A DNA stretch of 64,000 bases, from NCBI GenBank assembly GCA_016192825.1, contig JACPTK010000091.1, positions 8,382-72,381 of the forward strand, written 5' to 3'. The number at the start of each line of letters is the position of its first letter. The first letter of the stretch is position 1. A program made the position numbers and the translations under genes. Source of the DNA: Betaproteobacteria bacterium (lineage in GTDB: Bacteria > Pseudomonadota > Gammaproteobacteria > Burkholderiales > SG8-41). The notes beneath the pieces were generated by a model, which did not search any database, had not been told where the DNA came from, and worked only from the letters and a program-made list of their open reading frames with translations. Shown here in pieces: positions 50,427 to 61,512 of this stretch.

Positions 50427-51317
50427 ATGTACCGCAGCCACTTCGGACTTCGCGAAATGCCGTTCGGGATCACGCCCGACACGAGCTTCGCCTATGCCTG
50501 CAACACGCACCAGGAAGCGCTCAACACGCTGCTGGTGGCGGTCAAGAACGGCGAGGGCTTCATCAAGATCACCGGCGAGGTCGGCACCGGCAAGACGCTG
50601 CTCTGCCGGCGGTTCCTGGCCACGCTCGACCAGAACCACGTGTCGGCCTACATACTCAACCCCTATCTCGAGCCGCGCACGCTGCTGTTCGCGCTGGCCG
50701 AGGAGCTGGGCGTGGCGCTGTCGCGGGGAACCGACCAGCATCAGCTGATGAAGGAGCTCACGCGCGCGCTGCTCAATTTCGCGCGCCAGGGCAAGACGGT
50801 GGTGCTGTGCCTGGACGAGGCGCAGGCGATGCCGGTGGAATCGCTGGAGGCGCTGCGGCTGTTCACCAACCTCGAGACCGAGAAGCGCAAGCTGCTGCAG
50901 GTGGTGCTCTTCGGCCAACCGGAACTCGACCGGAAGCTCGAACACGCGTCGATCCGGCAGTTGCGGCAGCGCATCACCTTCCAGTACCGGCTGACCGCGC
51001 TCACGCGCGAGGAGGTCGATCACTACGTCACCCACCGGCTGCGCGTGGCGGGCTACCGCGGCAATCGCCTCTTCACCCGGCCGGCGGCGCGCCTCGTGCA
51101 CCGCTTCAGCGGCGGCGTGCCGAGGCTCATCAACATCATTTCGCACAAGGCGATGCTGCTGGCTTACGGCGAGGGCGCGCAGCAGCTGTTGCCGATCCAC
51201 GTGCGCAAGGCGGCCATGGACACGCCGATCGTGCATCAGCCGCGGCCGTGGTGGTGGCTCGGATTCGCGATGCTGCTGCTTTCGGTCGGCGGCATCGGCT
51301 GGATGGTGCTGGCATGA
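50427..51317 (+). CDS. mshM: ExeA-family AAA ATPase
   Basis: PFGITPD, GEVGTGKT, DEAQ, GQPEL, LRQRI. Confidence 0.92.
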   Translation: MYRSHFGLREMPFGITPDTSFAYACNTHQEALNTLLVAVKNGEGFIKITGEVGTGKTLLCRRFLATLDQNHVSAYILNPYLEPRTLLFALAEELGVALSRGTDQHQLMKELTRALLNFARQGKTVVLCLDEAQAMPVESLEALRLFTNLETEKRKLLQVVLFGQPELDRKLEHASIRQLRQRITFQYRLTALTREEVDHYVTHRLRVAGYRGNRLFTRPAARLVHRFSGGVPRLINIISHKAMLLAYGEGAQQLLPIHVRKAAMDTPIVHQPRPWWWLGFAMLLLSVGGIGWMVLA

Positions 51318-52462
51318 GCGTGATCAACCAGGTGCTGCTCGATCTGGAGCGGCGCCGCGCCTCGGGAGCGGAACGCGGCACGCTGCCGGATCACGTGCGC
51401 GCCTTGCCGGAGGAGGCGCACACGCCGCATTGGGGCTGGATCGCGGGAAGCGGCGTCGTCGCGGCGGCGGCGATTGCCGCAACGTGGACGCTGCTTTCCG
51501 GCTTCGACTGGACACGCCTGAGCGCCGCGGCCCCGCAGGCAACCCGGCGCATCGCCACGATCCCCGCCGCGAAAACCGCCGCGGTTTCGGCGGAAGTGAC
51601 GGCCGACGCAAGGCCCCGCGATCAGGCGGCGGCCGCGCAGCCGGACGCGCCCGCTTCGCGTTTCAGCTTCCAGCTTTCGGACGTGCCGGATACCGCGGAA
51701 CGATCGGTACTGGATACGCGGCCTCCGCTGCCGGCGGCACGCGTGATCGGCCGGACCGAGACCGAATCCGCCGCCCGCGCCGAGCCCTCGACAGAGCGGC
51801 AGAGGACGCCTGCGATCGTTGCGGCGACCAAGCCCGCCGCCAGTGCTCCGGCGCCCCGGCCGGAGATCCAGAAAGAGGTGAAACAGCCCGCGCCGCGCGA
51901 TCTCGCCGAAAACGAGTACCGCAAGGCGACCACGTTGCTGCATCAGGGACGCGCAGCCGATGCCCAGGAAGGGTTCCAGTCGGCGCTGAATCTTTTTCCC
52001 GGGCATCACGGGGCGCGCCAGGCGCTGGTGGGGCTGCTGCTGGACGGGAAGAAGTACGGCGAGGCCGAGCGCGTGCTGCAGGAGGGGCTGGCGCTCGCGC
52101 CCGCGCAAACGGGGTTCGCGATGACGCTCGCGCGACTCCAGGTGGACAGCGGCGACGCCGCGCAAGCGTCCGCCACCTTGAAGAAGGGCCTCGAGTATGC
52201 CCAGGGCAGCGCCGATTACCTTGCGTTTCTCGCCGCGCTGCTGCAGCGGCAGGGCCGGCACGAGGAGGCCATCGAGCAGTTCCAGGCCGCGTTGCGGATG
52301 AGGCCTACCACCGGCGTGTGGTGGCTGGGGCTGGGGATTTCACTGCAGGCGGCCAACCGCACCGCGGAAGCGCAGGACGCCTACCGCCGCGCCCGCGCAA
52401 CGAACAATCTCATCCCCGACCTCGCGGCCTTCGCCGAGCAGCGCCTGCGGCAGCTGCAATAG
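51314..52462 (+). CDS. mshN: MSHA TPR protein
   Basis: MSVINQVLLDLERR start; C-terminal TPRs (WWLGLGISL). Confidence 0.88.
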   Translation: MSVINQVLLDLERRRASGAERGTLPDHVRALPEEAHTPHWGWIAGSGVVAAAAIAATWTLLSGFDWTRLSAAAPQATRRIATIPAAKTAAVSAEVTADARPRDQAAAAQPDAPASRFSFQLSDVPDTAERSVLDTRPPLPAARVIGRTETESAARAEPSTERQRTPAIVAATKPAASAPAPRPEIQKEVKQPAPRDLAENEYRKATTLLHQGRAADAQEGFQSALNLFPGHHGARQALVGLLLDGKKYGEAERVLQEGLALAPAQTGFAMTLARLQVDSGDAAQASATLKKGLEYAQGSADYLAFLAALLQRQGRHEEAIEQFQAALRMRPTTGVWWLGLGISLQAANRTAEAQDAYRRARATNNLIPDLAAFAEQRLRQLQ

Positions 52463-52477
52463 CAGCGGTCGCGAATC

Positions 52478-52498
52478 CAGTCACGAGTCACCAGTCAC
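52478..52498. repeat. Heptamer tract SAGTCAC x3 after the comF stop
   Basis: cagtcac gagtcac cagtcac. Confidence 0.75.
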
Positions 52499-52501
52499 GC
52501 T

Positions 52502-53209
52502 TCATCGAGGAAGCGTGCGCGCGACGACCCAGCCGCGAACTTCCGCGGCGCCCGCCCTGCGCAGGACGCGCGCGAGTTCATTGAGGGTCGCGCCGGTGGT
52601 GAGCACATCGTCCACGACGGCGACCCGCATGCCGTTTAGATCCGCGTCGCATGCGAAGGCCCGGCGCACGTTCCTCGCGCGCTCCTTCCACGGCAGCGTC
52701 GCCTGCGGCGGCGTGTCGGCTACCTTGCGGCACGCATCGGGGAGCAACCTGACGCTGGTTCCGGCCGCCGCCACCCGCGCGATCTCGAGCGCCTGGTTGA
52801 ACCCGCGCTCGGCGAGCCGCCCGTGCGCCAGCGGCATCGGCACGATCGCATCCACGTCGCGACCGACGGCCCGCGCCACCAGCCCGCCCAGCACGCGCGC
52901 CAGCGCCAGCCGGCCGCCGTACTTGAAGGCGTGGATCAGCGCGTCCACCGGGTAGCGGTAGGCGAACAGCGCCTCCACGCGGTCGAAACGCGGCGGCCGG
53001 TCGAGACAGGCGCCGCATATCGATCCGCTCGGGAGCGGCAGAGCGCACACCGCGCAGCGGTCGCGCGGCAGCCACGGCAGATCTTCCAGGCACGGCGAGC
53101 ATAACGGCGCGCCGGCGCTGTCGGCCCCGCACAGATGACACGATTGCGGCAGCAGGGCGCGCGCAAAATCCAGGCAGCCGTTTAGTAATCCGGGCAGGAA
53201 ATTTGACAA
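52502..53209 (-). CDS. comF: ComF family (zinc finger + phosphoribosyltransferase)
   Basis: Four CxxC pairs, [17 protein letters not shown]; TTG start inferred. Confidence 0.9.
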   Translation of the reverse strand: MSNFLPGLLNGCLDFARALLPQSCHLCGADSAGAPLCSPCLEDLPWLPRDRCAVCALPLPSGSICGACLDRPPRFDRVEALFAYRYPVDALIHAFKYGGRLALARVLGGLVARAVGRDVDAIVPMPLAHGRLAERGFNQALEIARVAAAGTSVRLLPDACRKVADTPPQATLPWKERARNVRRAFACDADLNGMRVAVVDDVLTTGATLNELARVLRRAGAAEVRGWVVARTLPR

Positions 53210-53279
53210 CCGGCGGGGCCGGCCCGAAGATACAAGCGCTTTAAAACGCGGGTTTTTCGCAGATTCCATCGGGAGCCCC

Positions 53280-54275
53280 ATGGAGACTTCTAGCCTTAAC
53301 GAACGGCCAACGGCCGCCGCTGACACCACGCCTGCGGCCGAGCCCTGGAGCGCGGACGCGGTCGAGGCGCTGTTCGCGCTGCCGTTCAACGATCTCATGC
53401 ACCGAGCGCATGGCGTGCACCGGCGCCATTTCGATCCCAACGCGGTGCAGTTGTCCACGCTGCTGTCGGTGAAGACCGGCGGCTGCCCGGAGGACTGCGG
53501 CTACTGCCCGCAGGCGGCGCGCTATCACACCGGCGTCGCGGACGAGGCGCTGCTGTCGGTCGAGCAGGTCACGGCCGCGGCGCGGCTCGCGAAGCAGAAC
53601 GGCGCGACCCGGTTTTGCATGGGGGCGGCGTGGCGCGGCCCGAAGCAGCGCGAGCTCGACCGGGTCATCGAGATGGTGAAGGCGGTGCGCGCCGAAGGGC
53701 TCGAGAGCTGCGCCACGCTCGGGCTGCTCAAGGCGGGGCAGGCCGAGCAGCTCAAGGCGGCCGGGCTCGATTACTACAACCACAACATCGACGCATCGCC
53801 CGAGTTCTACGGCGAGATCATCACCACGCGCACGCAGGACGACCGGCTGGAGACGCTCGAGCGGGTGCGTCGCGCCGGCATCCACGTCTGCTGCGGCGGC
53901 ATCGTCGGCATGGGCGAATCGCGCCGCGCGCGGGCGGCGCTTATCGCGCAGCTCGCCGGCATGGACCCGTATCCCGAGTCCGTCCCGATCAACAACCTGG
54001 TGCAGGTTCCCGGCACGCCGCTGCACGGGACCGCGGCGCTCGATTCCCTCGAATTCGTACGCACGGTCGCCTGCGCGCGCATCACGATGCCGAAAGCCAT
54101 GGTGCGGCTCTCCGCCGGCCGGGAGGCCATGTCCGAAGCGGTCCAGGCGCTGTGTTTCTTCGCCGGTGCCAACTCGATCTTCTACGGCGAGAAGCTGCTC
54201 ACCACCGGCAATCCCGACGTGGAAGCGGATCGAGCCCTGTTCGCTAAGCTTGGGCTCCATCCGCTTTGGTGCTGA
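53280..54275 (+). CDS. bioB: Biotin synthase
   Basis: [25 protein letters not shown]. Confidence 0.96.
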   Translation: METSSLNERPTAAADTTPAAEPWSADAVEALFALPFNDLMHRAHGVHRRHFDPNAVQLSTLLSVKTGGCPEDCGYCPQAARYHTGVADEALLSVEQVTAAARLAKQNGATRFCMGAAWRGPKQRELDRVIEMVKAVRAEGLESCATLGLLKAGQAEQLKAAGLDYYNHNIDASPEFYGEIITTRTQDDRLETLERVRRAGIHVCCGGIVGMGESRRARAALIAQLAGMDPYPESVPINNLVQVPGTPLHGTAALDSLEFVRTVACARITMPKAMVRLSAGREAMSEAVQALCFFAGANSIFYGEKLLTTGNPDVEADRALFAKLGLHPLWC

Positions 54276-54445
54276 GTTTTGAGTGTTGAGTTTTGAATTG
54301 GTGCTGAATGGCTGATATCGCTGACATCGACGTTCATGAGGAGCTTGAAGATGCGGAGGAACTGATCCGGATTCTTACCGCAATCGTCAAGACTACTGGA
54401 CGTTCGAAGTGACAAACTCAACACTCAAAACTCAACACTCAAAAC
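54269..54445 (+). mobile_element. Heptamer-flanked remnant element: (GTKTTGA)n - 34-aa mini-ORF (54308-54412) - (TCAAMAC)n
   Basis: 54276-54296 is the exact reverse complement of 54425-54445; mini-ORF is MADIADIDVHEELEDAEELIRILTAIVKTTGRSK*. Confidence 0.75.
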
Positions 54446-55668
54446 GCCCGCACACGCCCGCGACGGCCCTGCGCGACGAGCTCGCGGTACTCGATCGGCA
54501 GGGGCTGAAACGCGCGCGCCGCGTCCTGGAAACGCCACAGGGTGCGCGGGTCAGGGTCGACGGCCGCGAATACGTCGCGTTCTGCAGCAACGACTACCTC
54601 GGCCTCGCCGCGCATCCGGAGCTGATCGAGGCCGCGCGGGCGGGCGCGGCGAGCTTCGGCGTCGGCGCCGGCGCCTCCCATCTGATCCTGGGACACGCGA
54701 CGGCGCATCACGCGCTGGAAGTGGCGCTGGCGTCGTTCGTCGGACGGCCGCGAGCGCTGCTGTTTTCCACCGGCTACATGGCCAACATCGCCATCGTGAC
54801 GGCGCTGGTGGGACGGGAAGACGCGGTTTTCGCCGACCGGCTGAACCACGCCTCGCTGAACGACGCGGTGCTGCTCTCGCGCGCCAAATTCCGGCGCTAT
54901 GCGCACCTCGATCTTGCCGCGCTCGATCGGCTGCTCGCCGCGTCCCGCGCGCGCCGCAAGCTCGTCGTCACCGACGCGGTGTTCAGCATGGACGGCGACC
55001 TCGCGCCGTTGCCCGACCTGATTGCCTTGTGCGAGCGTCACGACGCCTGGCTGCTGGCCGACGATGCGCACGGGTTCGGCGTATTGGGACCGGAAGGGGA
55101 GGGGGCGCTCGCGCATTTCGGGGTCTCATCCCCGCGCGTGATCGCGATGGCGACGCTCGGCAAGGCGGCGGGCGTTTTCGGCGCATTCGTGGCGGGCGAG
55201 GCCGAGCTGATCGAGACGCTCATCCAGCGTGCGCGGCCCTATATCTATACGACCGCCGCGCCACCGATGCTATCGGTGGCGCTCATGAAAAGTCTCGAGC
55301 TCATACGCGGCGGCAAATCGCGGCGGCAACACCTGCAAGCCCTGGTTGCGCGGCTGCGGCAGCGTCTGAGCCCCGGGCGTTGGAAGCTCATGCCTTCGCA
55401 GACGGCGATACAGCCCCTGGTGATCGGCGGCAACGAGGAGGCGGTCGCGCTGTCCGGGGATCTCGCCCGCGACGGCCTGCTGGTGCCGGCCATCCGGCCG
55501 CCCACCGTGCCGCAAGGAACAGCGCGCTTGAGGATCTCGCTGTCCGCATCCCACACTTTCGACGATATTGAACGGTTGGCCGGCTGCCTTAACGAGATCG
55601 AGCGCGCTGTTCCTTATTCCGAACCCCATCCGGGTCCAGGGAACCATGCCGATGTCCCCGGCCGGTAA
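54409..55668 (+). CDS. bioF: 8-amino-7-oxononanoate synthase
   Basis: FCSNDYLG, GAGASHL, DRLNHAS, DDAH, TLGKA, AIRPPTVP. Confidence 0.95.
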   Translation: MTNSTLKTQHSKRPHTPATALRDELAVLDRQGLKRARRVLETPQGARVRVDGREYVAFCSNDYLGLAAHPELIEAARAGAASFGVGAGASHLILGHATAHHALEVALASFVGRPRALLFSTGYMANIAIVTALVGREDAVFADRLNHASLNDAVLLSRAKFRRYAHLDLAALDRLLAASRARRKLVVTDAVFSMDGDLAPLPDLIALCERHDAWLLADDAHGFGVLGPEGEGALAHFGVSSPRVIAMATLGKAAGVFGAFVAGEAELIETLIQRARPYIYTTAAPPMLSVALMKSLELIRGGKSRRQHLQALVARLRQRLSPGRWKLMPSQTAIQPLVIGGNEEAVALSGDLARDGLLVPAIRPPTVPQGTARLRISLSASHTFDDIERLAGCLNEIERAVPYSEPHPGPGNHADVPGR

Positions 55669-55693
55669 CGCGGTACCCGGAAAACCAGGGACG

Positions 55694-56437
55694 ATGCAGA
55701 AAAACGACGTCAGAGACGTCGTTTTTCTGCACGGGTGGGGCAGCGGTGCCGGGATCTGGGACGATCTGGCGCGGCGGCTGGCGCCGCGATTCCGCGTTCG
55801 CGCCCTGCCGCTGCCCGGATACGGAGCGGACACGGCAAGCGGGACGCACTCGCTGCAGGCCATCGTTGCCGCGATCGCGCGCGCCGCGCCGCGCCGGTGC
55901 GGCGTCGTCGGCTGGTCGCTTGGCGGCGAAGTTGCGCTCGCCTGGGCGCGGCGCGCGGGACACCAGGTGCAGCGTCTGGCCCTCATCGCGACCACCCCGT
56001 GCTTTACGAGCAGGCCCGGTTGGCGATGCGCGACGGCGCCCGCGGTGCTGCGTGAAATCGGGCGCTCGCTCGCGGCCGACCGCGCCGGCACGCTGGCGCG
56101 TTTCGCCGCGGTGCAGGCAAGGGGCGATGCGCACGCGAGACAGGTTGCCCGCCTCCTGAAGCAGTCGAGCGAGCGCAGCGCGCCCGGCGAGGTGCTCAAG
56201 GCGGGCCTCGCTGTTCTGTCGAACACCGATCTGCGGCGGGAGTTGCCGAGGGTGCAACAGCCGGCAGTGGTATTGCACGGCGCGCGCGATTGCGTCGTGC
56301 CCCCCGCGGCGGGACGCCGGCTTGCCGCGGCACTGCCCAATGCGCGCTTTGCGCTGCTGCGGGACTGCGCGCACGCGCCGTTCCTGTCGCAGCCCGAACG
56401 GGTGGCGCGGACGTTGCGGGAATTCTTCGATGAGTGA
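55694..56437 (+). CDS. bioH: Pimeloyl-ACP methyl ester esterase
   Basis: LHGWG, GWSLGG, HAPF. Confidence 0.9.
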   Translation: MQKNDVRDVVFLHGWGSGAGIWDDLARRLAPRFRVRALPLPGYGADTASGTHSLQAIVAAIARAAPRRCGVVGWSLGGEVALAWARRAGHQVQRLALIATTPCFTSRPGWRCATAPAVLREIGRSLAADRAGTLARFAAVQARGDAHARQVARLLKQSSERSAPGEVLKAGLAVLSNTDLRRELPRVQQPAVVLHGARDCVVPPAAGRRLAAALPNARFALLRDCAHAPFLSQPERVARTLREFFDE

Positions 56438-57311
56438 CGCGCTCGCGCTGGACAAGCGGCAGGTGCGGCGATCGTTCGAGCGGGCGGCCGCGACCTATGA
56501 CGCGGCGGCGGTCCTGCAGAACGAGGTCTGCGCACGCATGCTGGCGCGCCTGGACTACATCAGGATCGAGCCGGCGACGGTCCTCGACGCCGGCAGCGGC
56601 ACCGGCAACGCGATTGCCGGCCTGCTCGCCCGCTACCCGCGCGCGCGCGTGATCGCGCTCGATCTCGCGCTGGGCATGGCGCGGCGCGCGCGCGCGCGGC
56701 GTCCGCGGTGGCGAAGCTGGCTCGACCGGGGCGGGCCGAGGCTCGCCGCCGTCTGCGGGGACATCGAACAGCTGCCGCTGGCGCCCGGTTGCGCCGGCCT
56801 CGCGTGGTCCAACCTGGCGATCCAGTGGATCAACGAGCCACAGCGGGCGTTTGCGGAGATGCACCGCGTGCTGGCTCCCGGCGGCCTGCTGCTGTTCAGC
56901 AGCTTCGGACCCGACACGCTGAAGGAGCTGCGGGCGGCGTTCCAGGGCGTGGATCGCCACAGCCACGTGCACCGATTCCTCGACATGCACGACGTGGGTG
57001 ACCGGCTGGTCGCCTGCGGCTTCGCCGATCCGGTGATGGACATGGAGACCGTGACGCTCACCTACGTCGACGTGCGCGGGCTGATGCGCGACCTGAAGGC
57101 GATCGGCGCGCGCAACCTGACGCGCGGGCGCCCCGCCGTCCTGGGCGGCAAATCGCTGCTCGCGACGGTGTCGCGCAACTACGAAGCGTTCCGCCGTGGC
57201 GGGAAACTCCCCGCCACCTTCGAGGTGGTCTACGGCCACGCCTGGAAGCCCGCGCCGCGAACCGGCCCGACGGGGCACCCGGTCATCGACATCAAGCCGC
57301 GCAGCCGGTGA
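56430..57311 (+). CDS. bioC: Malonyl-ACP O-methyltransferase
   Basis: FERAAATYD, LDAGSGTG, FGPDTLKEL, DMHDVGD. Confidence 0.92.
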   Translation: MSDALALDKRQVRRSFERAAATYDAAAVLQNEVCARMLARLDYIRIEPATVLDAGSGTGNAIAGLLARYPRARVIALDLALGMARRARARRPRWRSWLDRGGPRLAAVCGDIEQLPLAPGCAGLAWSNLAIQWINEPQRAFAEMHRVLAPGGLLLFSSFGPDTLKELRAAFQGVDRHSHVHRFLDMHDVGDRLVACGFADPVMDMETVTLTYVDVRGLMRDLKAIGARNLTRGRPAVLGGKSLLATVSRNYEAFRRGGKLPATFEVVYGHAWKPAPRTGPTGHPVIDIKPRSR

Positions 57312-57321
57312 GGGTGTTTTT

Positions 57322-58053
57322 GTGACCCGTCACGAGTCACGAGTCACGAGTCACGGGTATTTCGTGACCGGCACGGACACCGGCGTCGGCAAGACCCTCG
57401 TCGCCTGCGCCCTGCTGCGGGCGTTCGCGGCGCGCGGCCTGACGGCGGCCGGCATGAAGCCGGTCGCAAGCGGCGCCGAGCCCCGCGGGAACGAGCTCGT
57501 GAACGACGATGTCGAGCGCCTGATCGCGGCCGGCAACGTGGCCGCCCCGCGCGAGCACGTCAACCCCTACTGCTTCGCGCCGCCGATCGCGCCGCACATT
57601 GCCGCGCGGCAGGCGGGCGTGACGATCTCGCTCGATCGCATCGAGCAAAGTTTCCGCGCGCTGGCCGCCCGCTCGCAGGCGGTCGTCGTGGAGGGCGTGG
57701 GCGGATTTCGCGTGCCGCTCGGCGCGGATACCGACACCGCGCAGCTGGCCGCGCGGATCGCGCTGCCCGTGGTGATGGTGGTCGGCATGCGGCTTGGTTG
57801 CCTGAACCATGCCCTGTTGACTGCCGCGGCGATTGCCGACCGCGGCCTCACGCTTGCCGGCTGGGTCGCCAATCACATCGACCCGCAGATGGCCGCGGCG
57901 CGCGAAAACGTGCGGGCCCTCGAGGCGCTCGTCGGCGCGCCGCTGTTGGCCCGGATCGCGTTCGCCGAGAACCCGGAACCCGCGGCAATCGCGGCCGCGC
58001 TGGCAGCCGCAATCCACGGTGGCGCGCGCGCCGCAACTCGTTGCGAATGCTGA
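57322..58053 (+). CDS. bioD: Dethiobiotin synthase with a heptamer-encoded N-terminus
   Basis: FVTGTDTGVGKT, KPVASG, EGVGG, LGCLNHA; GTCACGA x4 at 57329-57356. Confidence 0.93.
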   Translation: MTRHESRVTSHGYFVTGTDTGVGKTLVACALLRAFAARGLTAAGMKPVASGAEPRGNELVNDDVERLIAAGNVAAPREHVNPYCFAPPIAPHIAARQAGVTISLDRIEQSFRALAARSQAVVVEGVGGFRVPLGADTDTAQLAARIALPVVMVVGMRLGCLNHALLTAAAIADRGLTLAGWVANHIDPQMAAARENVRALEALVGAPLLARIAFAENPEPAAIAAALAAAIHGGARAATRCEC

Positions 58054-58231
58054 CCTTTTGCGCTGTCAGCCGGTTGCCTGACGAGGGGGCCTGTGATAAA
58101 GTCCACCCGCTCGACGACGCGGCTCGCCGGACTCGTCATCCGAGTTGGTGCCGAACAACAAAACCGCCTCGAGATCCGCTCCGTAATTTGGGCAAAACGA
58201 TTCCTTGTTCCACGCGTAATGGGCAGCAAGA

Positions 58232-58699
58232 ATGGAATGCAGCGAACGCGCGCATGCGACGGAATTCACACGGTTCGCCAGGCGCAACAACTCGCTCAGT
58301 TCCTCCGGCAGGCTTTTCGTATTTGCCTTTCTTTTTATCGTTTCAATCGGCATTGCAGCAGCGTTTGCGGTGATCGGAGCGTGGCCGATCCTGCCGTTTG
58401 CCGGGCTTGAAATGGGAGTCCTGTACCTGGCGTTCCGCGTTTTCGAGCGCCATGCCGCGGACTACGAGCGCATCGCGATAGCGGGCGACCGGGTCGAGGT
58501 CGAGATCTGCGAGGCGGGGCGCGCGCGGTGCCACGAATTCAACCGCTACTGGGCGCAGGTCGTGAGCGGCGAGGGCGCGCGGCTGGCGCTGCGCTCCCAC
58601 GGCCGCGAGGTCGAGATCGGCCGCCACCTGAACGACGATCAGCGGCGCGCGCTCGCGCGCGAGCTCGGGCGCCGGCTGCACGGGACGGCGGGACATTGA
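58232..58699 (+). CDS. DUF2244 membrane protein
   Basis: RRNNSLS, GAWPILPFAGLE, EIGRHL; precedes coxB. Confidence 0.85.
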   Translation: MECSERAHATEFTRFARRNNSLSSSGRLFVFAFLFIVSIGIAAAFAVIGAWPILPFAGLEMGVLYLAFRVFERHAADYERIAIAGDRVEVEICEAGRARCHEFNRYWAQVVSGEGARLALRSHGREVEIGRHLNDDQRRALARELGRRLHGTAGH

Positions 58700-58756
58700 G
58701 AGCCGCAACGCTCGCGCGGCCATGACAACGCATCTGGATTCTTAGGCGAGGAAAGC

Positions 58757-59896
58757 ATGATCAGCAAGGGGTTAGGATTGTTTGCGGCCGCGGCGGCCGG
58801 GCTTGCCGCCGACTCGGCGCTGGCCAACCGGTACAACCTGCAGGAGCCGCAATCGATCATCGCGCACCAGATCTACGACCTGCACACGTTGATCATGTGG
58901 ATCATCGTCGGGATCTTCGTGGTGGTTTTCGGCACGATGACCTGGGCCATCGTCAAGCACCGCAAGTCGGTGGGCCACCAGGCCGAGCAGTTCCACGAGA
59001 ACACCACGGTCGAGATCATCTGGACCATCATCCCGTTCTTCATCCTGATCGGCATGGCGCTGCCGGCGACCAAGACCGTGATCGCTATGAAGGACACCTC
59101 CAGCCCCGACATCACGATCAAGGCGACGGGCTACCAGTGGAAGTGGGGTTACGACTACCTCCAGGAAGGCATCAGCTTCTACAGCAACCTCTCCACCCCG
59201 CGCGACCAGATCGATGAGTACGGGAAGAAGGGCGCGAAGAAGAACGAGCACTACCTCATCGAGGTGGACAACCCGGTCGTGGTCCCGGTCGGCAAGAAGG
59301 TGCGCATCATCGCCACTGCCGCCGACGTGATCCATGCCTGGTGGGTGCCGGCACTGGGGATAAAGCAGGACGCGATTCCCGGCTTCGTGCGCGACACCTG
59401 GTTCAAGGTCGACAAGGAAGGCACCTACCGCGGCCAGTGCGCCGAGCTCTGCGGCAAGGACCACGGCTTCATGCCAATCGTGGTGGAGGCGGTGACGCCG
59501 GAGCAGTACGCCGCCTGGGTTGCCGCGCAGAAAACGAAGATGCCCGCGGCCGCCCCCGACCCCGGCAAGCAATGGACGCTCGACGAGCTGAAGGCCCAGG
59601 GCGAGAAGGTCTACGCCGGCAACTGCGTCGCCTGCCACCAGGCGACGGGGATGGGCCTGCCGGGCACGTTCCCCGCGTTGTCCGGCTCCAAGATCGTGAC
59701 GGGGCCGAAGGACGAGCAGATCAAGACGGTCCTGAACGGCGTCGTCAAGGGCGGCAAGCCGACCGCGATGGCCGCGTTCGGCAAGCAGCTTTCCGACGCC
59801 GACCTGGCCGCGGTGATCACCTACACGCGCAACAACTGGTCGAACAGGACCGGAGACATGGTCACTCCGGCTGAGGTGAAGGCATTGCGGAAGTAA
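58757..59896 (+). CDS. coxB: Cytochrome c oxidase subunit II with fused cytochrome c
   Basis: [22 protein letters not shown] (CuA), CVACH. Confidence 0.96.
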   Translation: MISKGLGLFAAAAAGLAADSALANRYNLQEPQSIIAHQIYDLHTLIMWIIVGIFVVVFGTMTWAIVKHRKSVGHQAEQFHENTTVEIIWTIIPFFILIGMALPATKTVIAMKDTSSPDITIKATGYQWKWGYDYLQEGISFYSNLSTPRDQIDEYGKKGAKKNEHYLIEVDNPVVVPVGKKVRIIATAADVIHAWWVPALGIKQDAIPGFVRDTWFKVDKEGTYRGQCAELCGKDHGFMPIVVEAVTPEQYAAWVAAQKTKMPAAAPDPGKQWTLDELKAQGEKVYAGNCVACHQATGMGLPGTFPALSGSKIVTGPKDEQIKTVLNGVVKGGKPTAMAAFGKQLSDADLAAVITYTRNNWSNRTGDMVTPAEVKALRK

Positions 59897-59928
59897 GCGG
59901 GAACACGAAAGGCATCCTGGAGAACACT

Positions 59929-61512
59929 ATGGAAGCGGCACACGCACACCACGGTCACGAAGCGCACGGTCACCATCCCACGGGGATCATGCGCTGGATC
60001 ACCACCACCAACCACAAGGACATCGGGACGCTCTACCTGTTGTTCGCGCTCACCATGTTCTTCGTGGGCGGCGTGCTCGCGCTGATGCTGCGCCTCGAGC
60101 TCTTCGAGCCGGGCATGCAGTTCTGGCGCCCCGAGTTCTTCAACCAGCTCACCACCATGCACGGCCTGATCATGGTGTTCGGCGCGATCATGCCGGCCTT
60201 CGTCGGCTTCGCCAACTGGCAGGTGCCGCTGATGATCGGCGCGCCCGACATGGCGTTCGCGCGCATGAACAACTGGAGCTTCTGGCTGCTGCCGCCGGCG
60301 GCAGTCCTGCTGGTGGTCTCCTTCTTCGTGCCGGGCGGTGCGATTGCAGCGGGCTGGACGCTGTATGCGCCGCTTTCCACGCAGATGGGCCCAGGCACGG
60401 ATCTCGCGATCTTCGCGGTGCACATCCTGGGCGCGTCCTCGATCATGGGCTCGATCAACATCATCACCACCATCCTCAACATGCGCGCGCCGGGGATGAC
60501 GCTGATGAAGATGCCGCTGTTCGTCTGGACCTGGCTCATCACGGCCTACCTCCTGATTGCCGTGATGCCGGTGCTCGCGGGCGCGGTGACGATGGTGCTC
60601 ACCGACCGCCATTTCGGCACGAGCTTCTTCAATGCGGCGGGCGGCGGCGACCCGGTGATGTTCCAGCACATCTTCTGGTTCTTCGGCCACCCCGAGGTCT
60701 ACATCATGATCCTGCCGGGCTTCGGCATCATCTCCCAGATCGTGCCGACGTTCGCGCGCAAGCCCCTGTTCGGCTATTCCTCGATGGTCTACGCGACCGC
60801 CTCGATCGCGATCCTGTCGTTCATGGTGTGGGCGCACCACATGTTCACGGTGGGGATGCCGGCGGCGGCGCAGCTCTTCTTCATGTACGCGACGATGCTG
60901 ATCGCGGTGCCGACCGGCGTGAAGGTATTCAACTGGATCGCCACCATGTGGAAGGGCTCGATGACGTTCGAGACGCCGATGCTATTCGCGTGCGGCTTCA
61001 TCTTCGTGTTCTCGATGGGCGGCTTCACGGGCCTCGTGCTCGCGATCACGCCGGTGGACATCCAGCTGCAGGACACCTATTACGTGGTGGCGCACTTCCA
61101 CTACGTGCTGGTCGCCGGGTCGCTGTTCGCGCTCTTCGGGGGGGCGTACTACTGGCTGCCGAAGTGGATCGGCCGCATGTACGACGAGACGCTCGGCAAG
61201 TGGCACTTCTGGCTGTCGATGGTCTTCTTCAACGTCACCTTTTTCCCGATGCACTTCACCGGGCTCGCCGGCCTGCCGCGGCGCGTGCCGGACTACAACA
61301 TGCAGTTCGCCGACTTCAACATGATCTCGACCATCGGCGCGTTCGGCTTCGGGCTGTCGCAGCTCATCTTCGTGTACCTGCTGTGGAAGGCCATCGGCGG
61401 CGCGGGCGAGAAGGCGACGGACAAGGTGTGGGAAGGCGCGCAGGGGCTGGAGTGGACGCTGCCCTCGCCGCCGCCCTATCACACCTTCGAGACCCCGCCG
61501 GTGGTGAAGTAA
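59929..61512 (+). CDS. coxA: Cytochrome c oxidase subunit I (A1 type)
   Basis: TNHKDIG, GHPEVY, WAHH, AHFH. Confidence 0.97.
   Translation: MEAAHAHHGHEAHGHHPTGIMRWITTTNHKDIGTLYLLFALTMFFVGGVLALMLRLELFEPGMQFWRPEFFNQLTTMHGLIMVFGAIMPAFVGFANWQVPLMIGAPDMAFARMNNWSFWLLPPAAVLLVVSFFVPGGAIAAGWTLYAPLSTQMGPGTDLAIFAVHILGASSIMGSINIITTILNMRAPGMTLMKMPLFVWTWLITAYLLIAVMPVLAGAVTMVLTDRHFGTSFFNAAGGGDPVMFQHIFWFFGHPEVYIMILPGFGIISQIVPTFARKPLFGYSSMVYATASIAILSFMVWAHHMFTVGMPAAAQLFFMYATMLIAVPTGVKVFNWIATMWKGSMTFETPMLFACGFIFVFSMGGFTGLVLAITPVDIQLQDTYYVVAHFHYVLVAGSLFALFGGAYYWLPKWIGRMYDETLGKWHFWLSMVFFNVTFFPMHFTGLAGLPRRVPDYNMQFADFNMISTIGAFGFGLSQLIFVYLLWKAIGGAGEKATDKVWEGAQGLEWTLPSPPPYHTFETPPVVK

Noticed and set aside
55610-55693. 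Possible decayed repeat extending the BioF C-terminus at the bioF-bioH junction
   Set aside because: No clear periodicity could be established by eye.
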